From Desulfatiglandales bacterium (GTDB lineage Bacteria > Desulfobacterota > DSM-4660 > Desulfatiglandales > Desulfatiglandaceae), in NCBI GenBank assembly GCA_963662465.1, contig OY759599.1:7296001-7360000 (forward strand): a stretch of DNA of 64,000 nucleotides, read 5' to 3'. Under the pieces are notes generated by a model. The model was not told the origin of the DNA. It did no database searches and was given only the letters and a program-made list of their open reading frames with translations. Shown here piece by piece: positions 41,176 through 49,952 of this stretch. Position 1 is the first letter of the stretch, and every line of letters starts with the position of its first letter. A program made the position numbers and the translations under genes.

Positions 41176-42554
41176 TCCGACAATCCAAAAAAGATGCCAT
41201 TGTGGAATTGAAAAAAACCGGCATGAGTTTGCGCGACATCGCCAAAACCCTGAAGGCCGGTCGCAATACCGTCACGAAGGTTTTAGATGATCATGACGAA
41301 GAGGCGGTACCCCAAAGGAACTCCCGGTATGAAGAACATGTCCCGTTGATCCGCGAGCTTTTCAAGGAATGTAAAGGAAATGCCGTGCGAGTAGCCGAGG
41401 AACTGGAAAGCCGCCAACAGATCAAAATCCCTTATCAGAGTCTGACCTGGATTATGAGAAAGTACGAGATCCGGGAACGTAAAAAAAGACGGGCGGGCCA
41501 ATACCATTTTAAACCCGGTCAGGAGATGCAGCATGATACGTCACCCCATCTGGTTGTCATTAATGGGAAAAAAATGTCGACCCAGTGCGCGTCCCTGACC
41601 CTGGCCTTTTGCCGAAGGATTTTTATTCAGTATTACCCCTGTTTTACCCGGTTTGAGTGCAAGGTTTTCCTAAAAAAAGCATTCGAGTTTATGGACGGGG
41701 TGTGTTCCCGGTGCATGGTTGACAACACCAATGTTATTGTGGCCGGCGGCACCGGGCCTGATGCATTGATTGCGCCTGAAATGAAATACTTCGGCGATAT
41801 GTATGGAACCCGGTTTGAGGCCCATGCTGTAGGAGACGCCAATCGAAGTGCCCGTGTGGAAAGGCCTTTTCATTTTGTGGAAAACAATTTTCTTCCCGGT
41901 AGAACATTTGTTAGCTGGCAGGATTTGAACCGGCAGGCAATCGACTGGTGCCGGAATACAAGCGATAAAAAGTTTAAACGGGCTTTAGGGATGACGCCGG
42001 ATGAGGCCTATGTCATTGAAAAGCCATATCTCATTGATTTACCGGCATACCAGCCGCCAGTCTATGTGGCAGAACACAGGGTAGCCGATGTTCAGGGATA
42101 TGTGCACTTGGACACCAACCGCTATTCAGTCCCTGAAGCGCTGATTGGGAACTCCCTGGAAGTACAGAAACATTGGCTCAAGGTCATCGTTTACGACAAA
42201 AACACAAAAGTGGCGGAACATGACCGCATACTGGATAAACGCAACACCCGAACAACCCTGCCCGGTCACCATGTTCCCATTCGAAGAAAAAAAGATCCCC
42301 GAATCCCTTCAAAAGAAGAACAGCTGTTGACGGGAGAGGATGCCATCCTGGATGAGTATGTGGCTGAACTGAAGAAAAGAAGTCACGGTCGCGGTGTGGT
42401 CAAGTTACGTCGGTTGCTTCATCTGAAACGCACTTATCCCGGGGAACCTTTTTTGAAAGCCATAACACAGGCGCTTAAATATGGACTTTTTGATTTGTCG
42501 CGTCTGGAAAACATTATTCTCGATTATATCGCGGGAGACTTTTTTGATCTATGA
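41172..42554 (+). CDS. istA: IS21-family transposase
   Basis: N-terminal HTH, PGQEMQHD, VDN, RVERPFHFVENNF and NRYSVP. Confidence 0.9.
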   Translation: MIRQSKKDAIVELKKTGMSLRDIAKTLKAGRNTVTKVLDDHDEEAVPQRNSRYEEHVPLIRELFKECKGNAVRVAEELESRQQIKIPYQSLTWIMRKYEIRERKKRRAGQYHFKPGQEMQHDTSPHLVVINGKKMSTQCASLTLAFCRRIFIQYYPCFTRFECKVFLKKAFEFMDGVCSRCMVDNTNVIVAGGTGPDALIAPEMKYFGDMYGTRFEAHAVGDANRSARVERPFHFVENNFLPGRTFVSWQDLNRQAIDWCRNTSDKKFKRALGMTPDEAYVIEKPYLIDLPAYQPPVYVAEHRVADVQGYVHLDTNRYSVPEALIGNSLEVQKHWLKVIVYDKNTKVAEHDRILDKRNTRTTLPGHHVPIRRKKDPRIPSKEEQLLTGEDAILDEYVAELKKRSHGRGVVKLRRLLHLKRTYPGEPFLKAITQALKYGLFDLSRLENIILDYIAGDFFDL

Positions 42555-43270
42555 AAAAGAAAATTGAACAGTTACTCATTGATTTGAAGTTTAAAGGCAT
42601 GCTGAAGGCTCTCGAAGAACAGTTGGCTTCGGCTGAAAAGAACGGTTTTTCCATTCACGAGGTCATCTACAATCTCCTGGCTGAGGAATTACGTTTCCGG
42701 CAGGAGCGCAGCATGATCTATCGGGTCCAGATTGCAAAGCTTCCATGGGAATGGACCCTCAACTCCTTTCCGTTTGATCTTCAGCCGGGAATACAGAAGA
42801 GCCGGATCATGACGTTGTCCGGCCTTGACTTTATCAGCCGAAGAGAAAACATCGTGTTCCATGGAAAAACCGGCGTCGGCAAAACGGGATTGGCCGTGGG
42901 GATCCTTCGTCAAGCCATTATTGCCGGGTACCGGGGGCGTTTTTATAATGTTCAGGATTTGCTGGATCAGCTCTATGCGTCTTTGGCAGATCGGTCCACC
43001 CCGAAACTCCTCAATGCCCTTTGCAGATATGACCTGCTTCTGCTCGATGAACTGGGATACCTGACCCTCAAAAAAGAGCAGATGAACGCCTTTTTTAAAC
43101 TCATGAAAGATCGCTATGAAGCCGGTCGGTCCACAATTATTACGACCAATCTTCAACCTGAACAATGGTATTCGCTGCTTGAACCAAAGGACATGGTCGA
43201 TGCCTTGCTGGATCGTCTCAACCATCGCTGCATCAACATTCATATTGATGGTCCTTCCCTCAGAAAATGA
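42551..43270 (+). CDS. istB: IS21 helper AAA+ ATPase
   Basis: GKTGVGKT, LLLLDELGY, IITTN, ALLDRL and GPSLR. Confidence 0.95.
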   Translation: MKKKIEQLLIDLKFKGMLKALEEQLASAEKNGFSIHEVIYNLLAEELRFRQERSMIYRVQIAKLPWEWTLNSFPFDLQPGIQKSRIMTLSGLDFISRRENIVFHGKTGVGKTGLAVGILRQAIIAGYRGRFYNVQDLLDQLYASLADRSTPKLLNALCRYDLLLLDELGYLTLKKEQMNAFFKLMKDRYEAGRSTIITTNLQPEQWYSLLEPKDMVDALLDRLNHRCINIHIDGPSLRK

Positions 43271-43368
43271 GATGTTCGCCAAAGGGCCGGTTTTGAGGTC
43301 TGAATATCACCGGTCTGTTTGAATCTCGTTACACGAATATCAGAAATTACCTTGTCTTGGAGCTTGAA

Positions 43369-43566
43369 ATGAGAGGTGGAAAACGGGTAGGCGCCGGCCG
43401 AAGAAAGAAACCGGAACATTTGAGACGTGAACTGCTCACCATTCGTCTCCCCAAATGGATGATTCTACAGCTGAAAAAAAACGGGGAAATTGGATATTTG
43501 ATTGAGGATCAATTGGCGAAGGGAGGCCTCCTGAATTTACCGGACGACTATGACATAGACAAATAG
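43369..43566 (+). CDS. Small putative DNA-binding protein
   Basis: RGGKRVGAGRRK basic motif followed by TIRLP (ribbon-helix-like); GGAG RBS. Confidence 0.55.
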   Translation: MRGGKRVGAGRRKKPEHLRRELLTIRLPKWMILQLKKNGEIGYLIEDQLAKGGLLNLPDDYDIDK

Positions 43567-45771
43567 TTCCTCAATAAGCATTGCCCTTAACCGAAAAATC
43601 TAATCCCCTCTTCTCTGCCATCACCATATTGATGGTATCCTCATCACTGATTCTTCAACCAGAACGCTACGTGTCTCACCAGCATTTTTAAAATACCATC
43701 TGATATACTCTTTCATGCAACCTCTAACAAATTTACAAGAAAACCCTTCTAAAAGGAAAAGACCAGTGCGCAATATCTGGTTCCGTTTGGAGTAGCAAAA
43801 CTGGTTCCATTTTGGTTAGCGCCCAAGAAAAAACCGGCGAAAAGACCTATTACCAGCAGATGCTGGGGGCAGCGATTGTGCATCCCGATTTCAAAGAGGT
43901 CATTCCGCTTGCTCCGGAATTCATAGTAAAGCAGGACGGCCAAAGCAAAAACGACTGTGAGCGTAATGCAGCGAAACGTTTCTTGAGTAAGCTGAAAAGG
44001 GATCATCCGCATCTGTCTCTCATCATTACAGAAGACGCGTTAAGTTCGAATGCACCCCATATAGAGGAAATACAAAAGCAAAACTTTCATTATATTCTGG
44101 GAGTTAAACGAGGCGATCATCCTTTCTTATTTAATCATGTCGAACAAGCGCGGGTAAATGGTGGCGTTACTGAATTCGAATTGGTCGACAAAGAGGATCC
44201 GGAAAAAACGCATCGCTTCCGATTCCTTAACCATGTACCTCTCAACGCCTCTAACAAGGATGTACTGGTTAACTTTCTGGAATATTGGGAAATTACACCG
44301 GAAAAAACACAGCATTTCAGTTGGGTGACTGATTTTATCATAGAAAAGGACAATGCATACGAGCTGATGCGAGGCGGTCGTGCGAGATGGAAGATCGAAA
44401 ATGAAACCTTCAATACTCTTAAAAACCAAGGTTATCATTTTGAACATAACTTCGGCCTTGGCAAGAAGAATCTGAGTGTTGTTTTCGCGATGCTCATGAT
44501 GATTGCATTTCTGGTTGATCAAACGCAGCAGCTTTGTTGTCCCTTATTTCGAGCTGCATGGCAGAAACTCGGTTCCAAAAGAGAATTATGGGAACGTATG
44601 AGAGCTCTGTTTAAAGATTTTGAATTCAAATCCATGAGGATGCTCTATGAAGCTCTCTATTATGGTGTGAAATTCCAAGCGCCAGTCATTTTGTATGACA
44701 CTGGGTGAATTTGCGATGTCCAATTTGCATACAAGAGTGCTCTCAATAAAAAATCTGGAGTTTCCGGAAATGGATATCTCTGTCCTGACTCAGATCTTTT
44801 TACGTTCTTTCTCTTCTGGAAAGCCTCAATCTGTGAAAAATCGAAGGAGCCAACAGTGAATTTGGAGTAATCTTCTGAAAAGTTTTTGATCTCACCGTTT
44901 ATTTTTCAAATTTGTGTTACAAACTCGGTGAGTAAATTCCTGAGCGGGAATTGCTGATTTGATGCCTTGTTTGTCGAGCTGGAGTTGAATGGCATTGTGG
45001 CCGTTGAAATAGAATTCTGCACGAAAAGGAAGGTAGGAAGAGATTTTGAGGTAGCAGAGGCCACCGAGAAGGGCATCGTGCAAGTAGATGTAATACTGCT
45101 TCACCGGCTTTCTGCAGTCATAGATTCGTTCATAGGGCTTTCCGGCTTTTGAAGTGAGTTGCCTGCAGGCAAATGTTCTAACCGGTTCTTTGTCCGTAAG
45201 GATGCAAAACACATGGTTTCCTTTTCCTGTAAAGGCCTTGGCGTATTTTTGTTCCACGAATTTTGATTTTGCGCCGTCAGTGCCACCCCCTTCAGAGGGC
45301 CACCAGTGAATGGGGATATTGTTGTTCCGGGCTACCTTTTGAATATGACCATTGAGTTGGTCGGTTAGAATCCTCATTACACCGTTTGACAATCCTTTGA
45401 ATCCGAGAGTCCTGAGGAGCCTGACAATGCCTGCTGGAGAAAAGAGGGAGAGAATGTAGCCTCGAATAATAACCCGATCGAAGCAGAAATATTTGAACTT
45501 GATATTTTCTGAGAATTGATTCAAAAATGAATTCTTCATGGGTGTATCCTCCGGTGAGGGAATGTTAGCTAAACAATCCATACCGGATCACCCATGAAAT
45601 TTCAAATCAAAGAATGGGATTTTAGGCAGGGGGTTAAGAGACTTCAGGATGGTCAGATGACGCCAAAAGCTTCATCAACTTTAATATCCGGGATTTGCCC
45701 CGGCCAAAAATATAACCATCATGTCATTAGCCCCCTGCCTACAGCCCTTTTCGGAACTTTAGTTTGGTAAA

Positions 45772-46153
45772 TATATGAGGCTTTTCCAGAATTGTCCGAT
45801 TCCTGATGGAGCTTTTTGACCCCCGGCATTTTCTCGGCTTCCTTGCTGATTTTGATGCCATCGCCAGCCAATAGCAATCGGCCATCAATCTTAACCAGTG
45901 GGCAACTGGAGAGAACAATTTTCCACCAGCGGTGCATGATGGTTTTCAATTCCCAGGACGATGCTCTGAAAAACCCGAGAAGAGACGTGTAAAACCGAGG
46001 TTCAATGCCCAACCATCGGATAAAAGAGCTGACGCCATATTGGTCCAGCCTGACGGTAAAGCCAAAAATTACAATCACGAACCAGTCAAAAGTTGCCCTG
46101 CGGCTGAAACAGGATCTGAATTGTTCGAGTATCCAACTGATCTCGCTTATCAT
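45772..46153 (-). pseudogene. IS701/IS4-superfamily transposase, N-terminal fragment
   Basis: FRSCFSRRATFDWF..AGDGIKISKEAEKMPGVKKLHQESDNSGK, cut off at the IR of the next element. Confidence 0.75.
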
Positions 46154-46486
46154 AACGCCCTCCTTTGTCGCTCAGTGTATGACCGTAAAGCGAATGTATT
46201 CGGGGCTGTCCTGGTAAACGTCTGGCTGGCTTTAGCCTTTTTTAAAATGGCCGAAACAATAGAGTCACGGTCCAGATCTACATCGTAAACCTCTTTGGCC
46301 AATCGGACGATGTCGGTCACATGCAAGGGCTTTCCGGCATCATAAAGTACGTTGTGGGCGATCTCAATCTTTGACGTACGTTTTTTTAGGCCTTGTCCTA
46401 TCTCCTTTTTGGAATTGTTCGATAACTTTGAGCTCTGATTCTACAACTTCTTTTTTAAACTGAAGATATTGCTTAAATTGATCCAT
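46150..46486 (-). pseudogene. HTH accessory gene of the IS701-like element, frameshifted in an A7 run (46381-46387)
   Basis: AGGAGG RBS; MDQFKQY..RPKK then, with one A removed, RTSKIEIAHNVLYDAGKPLHVTDIV..TAPNTFAL; its stop overlaps the transposase ATG. Confidence 0.7.
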
Positions 46487-47106
46487 AGTGATACCCTCCT
46501 TTTATCGTGAACTAGAAGAAGGATACAGGGAAACATAATGTATGTCAATAATTTTTTAATGTACGTTGATATATTTTTTAGAAACATAAAATTTAAAGGT
46601 TATTATACGGTTTTCATGTTCGCAGTCAACGTACATAATAGAGAAAGTTACGTAGTGCTATTGGGATCAGCAGCCTGCGAAGAACACTAGACTCTCAAGA
46701 TATAATACATCGATTTTGAAAAGGAAGTTAACCGAAAATTATTTTTCGGATAAATTCAGGAAAGTATTTTTAAGGACCTGAGTGATCTGGCATCGGCTAC
46801 TAACTAAAAAAGGGAAACCCTTCATTATTTTCTTGCAATTCTTGAGAGAAGTTGATAATCAAAAATTCAATAATGAAGAAAATAAACCAGAAACTCATCT
46901 TAAAAACCCAGATTGATGGAGCCGAAAAACAAAGGTCGGAATGGAGTTCGGGTAACGAGAACCAGGAACGCCTGAAGGTTTTCGAGTGGGAGGCTTTTCA
47001 GGGAAACCGTAAATTCTTAAACTGTTAGGAATTAAGAGGTTCTGGTAGGTATTTTTGGCATTATTTAAACCCCATTAATTTTTATTTTTATAAGGAGGAA
47101 TTGACC

Positions 47107-48363
47107 ATGTATAAGAAGCTATTTCCTGTCATCGTGATTGGCCTTTTGATGTTTCTTGTTCCACTCTCAGCCCAATCGGAGGGGATTCCTCTCCAGAAAG
47201 ATGTGTTCCTCGGTTCTCCAATTCTGGCGCCTGAGGACCTCCCAGGGGAGATTACATTTACTCTCTATGATTCAAAAACGGGGATTGAGTCTCTCGGATC
47301 TCAATCTTTTGTTCGCGGTCAGTACACCGTCGAGTTTGAATTCAGTAAATCAGATGGGATCTCAAGCGGCAACATTGCAAGGATAAACGCCAATTTTACC
47401 AATACACTGAATCTTAAGGATGCTGAAGGAAATGTTCTTCGGCCCAAAGAAATCTGGGCGGCGCTCGAAGTGGCCGGTGCTGAAGTTGGCGAGCGAAGCA
47501 AAGTTTCAGATGATACTTTGGTGCAGCTTCTTTTGGCCAGCGATGCCTCAATTGCGACGTATCTGACTTTGGCCTATGAGGGGGATGATAACCCAATCAC
47601 GACGATTTATAAAAGTTTGCCTATTTCTTCTGTGGCCGGTGATAATGCTACTTCGCTGAGTGATTATTTTAGTGTTATTGCGGCTGGTGGTCAGGTGATT
47701 GCTAGCGCGGATGCGAGGGAAAATGCTTATTGGACGCTTGGCGCCAGTAGTTCTGCATACTACAATAGCGGCAATGTTGGCATTGGGACATCAAGCCCCA
47801 GTGCCAAGCTTGATGTAGATCGTGGGAATATCGAATTGACTCCAGGCCAGGGACTTGTCTCTACCAGCAGCTCTACCGCTTATTTGTTCCGATATGGATT
47901 AGATTACTTCACGTTGTATACTGTTCCAGGGGATGGGAGCGGTGGGTTTAAAATTTTTGACAGGTTTCGCTCTACGGATATGGCTGTCTTCAAAGAAGGC
48001 GGTTTCGTCGGGATTGGTACCACTAATCCGGAGTATATGCTTACGGTAAACGGTTCTATCGGATGTAAGGAGTTGACGGTTAGTTCAGATTTGACTAGAT
48101 GGGCTGATTTTGTTTTCCAGGAAAGCTATCGATTACTTCCTTTGGAGGAGGTTGAAACCTTTATCGGTGAGAATAAGCATCTACCGGGGATTCCATCAGA
48201 AGTCGAAGTGAAAAAAATGGGAATCAATCTCGGGGAGATAAGCTCGAAATTGTTGCAGAAAATTGAAGAACTGACATTGTATATGATTGAATTGAAAAAG
48301 GAGAACGAGGCACTGAAAAGTCAAATGGGGAGAATTGAGGGACAGTTGTTGGATAGTAAGTAG
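47107..48363 (+). CDS. Secreted protein with GNVGIGT repeats and a tail-fibre/S74-chaperone-like C-terminus
   Basis: Signal peptide; GNVGIGTSSP, GFVGIGTTNP; WADFVF..HLPGIPS..LLQKIEELTLY plus a coiled coil. Confidence 0.75.
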   Translation: MYKKLFPVIVIGLLMFLVPLSAQSEGIPLQKDVFLGSPILAPEDLPGEITFTLYDSKTGIESLGSQSFVRGQYTVEFEFSKSDGISSGNIARINANFTNTLNLKDAEGNVLRPKEIWAALEVAGAEVGERSKVSDDTLVQLLLASDASIATYLTLAYEGDDNPITTIYKSLPISSVAGDNATSLSDYFSVIAAGGQVIASADARENAYWTLGASSSAYYNSGNVGIGTSSPSAKLDVDRGNIELTPGQGLVSTSSSTAYLFRYGLDYFTLYTVPGDGSGGFKIFDRFRSTDMAVFKEGGFVGIGTTNPEYMLTVNGSIGCKELTVSSDLTRWADFVFQESYRLLPLEEVETFIGENKHLPGIPSEVEVKKMGINLGEISSKLLQKIEELTLYMIELKKENEALKSQMGRIEGQLLDSK

Positions 48364-48677
48364 TAAGGAGGTGTTGCTTTCCATCGGGAAAGTGGGAGTC
48401 TCTGTTTGAAGAGGGATCGGCAAGCGCCCATGAGTTTGGATGAGTTGGGTGCTTGCCTTTTTTTTTTGTTGGCTTAGTTTGATGAGTTTGAAAGAGCTTC
48501 GGGATAAGATTTTCACCTTCTTGTGTTTTAAGAACTCCAGAATATTCGGTATCCTTCAAAGAGGTGTAAAAGTATTTTACACTTTCTGTAGGTGCAGCTA
48601 AAGCTCCCCCAGCAGATAGTACAAATGTTTGGAAATCCCCCAAGTGAAGGCGTTTCATTGGAATAATATACGGAGCC

Positions 48678-49892
48678 ATGATTATGAGGGAAATTTTAGT
48701 GTTTAGCCCCAACGTTTTTCAGAGTTACGGCCATAATTCTGATTATGTGAGTGGATTGGTTGGCGGCTTTGAAAAAATGGGATTTTCGATTCGGATCGTT
48801 GCGTACGAAGGTGATCATTGTTTATCGACAAAAAATAGTGCAAAAATTCAAACTTTAAAGCGAGACCATTTTCAGAATTCAAGAACCCATCTAGGGATGC
48901 TAGGAAATGTTATTTGGGGGCTAAACAGGTTTAAACATGAGAAAAAACTTTATGAAATGCTTCATGGTATTTTAGCTGATAACGATGATATTGTCATAAT
49001 TTTCGAAAGTTTTGAGTATATTTGTTTGTATGCATTTTTAAAAAAAAATAGATTTAATAATCAATATTGCTGTATATTTCATGATACGAATTTCAGCTTT
49101 TCCCAAACATCATTGATTGCTTCAGTGTATAAAACTTTCGTAAAACATATGGTAAGAGCAATCATCAGAAATTCCAGATGTGTTTTTGTCCATGGTTCAT
49201 ATATGCAAAAGAATTTGGTGGCTTTGCTAAAACTCAAAGAATTTAATTGCGAGAAAAAGGTTTCTGTAATTCCCTACGGCAGCCAGCTTCCTGATTACCG
49301 GAAAATTGCAGATTATAATGATTCAAAAGCAAAGTTGGGTTTACCTGCAGATAAGAGAATCTTGTTGGCTTTTGGAACAATTAGAAGCGATAAGCAGTAT
49401 GATTTGCTTCTTGACCAATTTTCTCAAACGGAAGGATGGGTTTTGCACATCGCCGGGCCTGAAGGAGATTTGACATATGGTTACCTGCAAAATATTATTC
49501 GCGGACGCAGTTTGGATGGTAAGGTTTTTCTCTCCAATAAATTTGTTGATGCACTGGAACAGCAAACGTATTTCGGCGCTTCGGATCTTGTCGTTAATAT
49601 TTATGCGGATGAGATCAGGCATGAAAGCGGTACCGCACAGCTAGCAAGAGCCTTTCTAAAGCCGATTATTGTGGCAGGTCCACCCGATCTGGTAGAATAT
49701 GTTCATCGGAATAGGATCGGTTGGTCCCTTGATGGTTCGGTAGGAAATTCTCTTAAAAGCATATTGAATGAATTTTCGTGTATGGATGAAAAGAAACGAA
49801 GGCGTTTGTATAAAAGCATTGAAACGTGTTCGATTGAAAGATCCTGGAACAAGGTGACAGAGAAAATTTTGAGTGAAATTTCGGGTCGCTAA
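48678..49892 (+). CDS. Glycosyltransferase (GT4-like)
   Basis: FGTIRSDKQY, YFGASDLVV..ESG..FLKPIIV. Confidence 0.8.
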   Translation: MIMREILVFSPNVFQSYGHNSDYVSGLVGGFEKMGFSIRIVAYEGDHCLSTKNSAKIQTLKRDHFQNSRTHLGMLGNVIWGLNRFKHEKKLYEMLHGILADNDDIVIIFESFEYICLYAFLKKNRFNNQYCCIFHDTNFSFSQTSLIASVYKTFVKHMVRAIIRNSRCVFVHGSYMQKNLVALLKLKEFNCEKKVSVIPYGSQLPDYRKIADYNDSKAKLGLPADKRILLAFGTIRSDKQYDLLLDQFSQTEGWVLHIAGPEGDLTYGYLQNIIRGRSLDGKVFLSNKFVDALEQQTYFGASDLVVNIYADEIRHESGTAQLARAFLKPIIVAGPPDLVEYVHRNRIGWSLDGSVGNSLKSILNEFSCMDEKKRRRLYKSIETCSIERSWNKVTEKILSEISGR

Positions 49893-49952
49893 ATTGTTGA
49901 GGGTCAAGGATGTGGTTCCAAAATTTCGTATAGAAATACTTATTTCAAACTG

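Larger units (their letters stand above)
39103..43827 (+). mobile_element. IS21-related 4.7-kb transposon with accessory genes (Zn-finger, wHTH, ParB-like, istA, istB, small ORF)
   Basis: ~50-bp imperfect IRs with internal repeats (CTTCAACGCTAATCAAAACTGAACCA.. / ..TGGTTCCATTTTGGTTAGCGCCCAAG); 8-bp TSD AAAAAACC. Confidence 0.9.
38620..44708 (+). pseudogene. ISNCY DDE transposase, split (38620-39102 + 43836-44708, 451 aa when rejoined)
   Basis: LSLDGTGFFSS..VSKKT joins in-frame to GEKTYYQQML..KNDCERNAAKR..TEDAL..RWKIENETFNTLK. Confidence 0.9.
38431..44956 (+). mobile_element. ISNCY (ISDol1-like) insertion sequence, interrupted by an IS21-like transposon
   Basis: Perfect 16-bp IR CAGCAATTCCCGCTCA / TGAGCGGGAATTGCTG; 9-bp TSD ATTTGATGC. 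Confidence 0.92.
37381..45539 (-). pseudogene. Putative transposase with Rep_trans-like YxK..RxE motif and C-terminal winged helix, split by insertion and frameshifted near 38280
   Basis: MKNSF..CFDRVIIRGY..FYFNGH..DKQGIK (45539-44957) rejoins YRLSENAFVDV (38421 down) once ISNCY is removed; then SIKQYNK..IRTETTINNP..GFRTVDL..LRVRGIVEK..YRVT. Confidence 0.7.
37339..45771 (-). mobile_element. Unclassified IS-like element (~1.9 kb without its insert), interrupted by ISNCY
   Basis: Imperfect 24-bp IRs TTTACCATCAAAAACGTTAGAAAA / TTTACCAAACTAAAGTTCCGAAAA; truncates the IS701-like gene at the IR; one ~540-codon gene inside. Confidence 0.65.
37299..46758 (-). mobile_element. Relic IS5-type element ends enclosing nested insertions
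   Basis: 46701-46757 is an inverted ~57-bp near-copy of the IS5 left end at 56721; 37299-37316 matches its right IR at 17/18; no transposase or TSD remains. Confidence 0.65.

Noticed and set aside
46890..47010. c-di-GMP riboswitch
   Set aside because: The characteristic GEMM core motifs could not be located by eye.
47107..48363. Prophage
   Set aside because: A single fibre-like gene with a signal peptide; no other phage genes.
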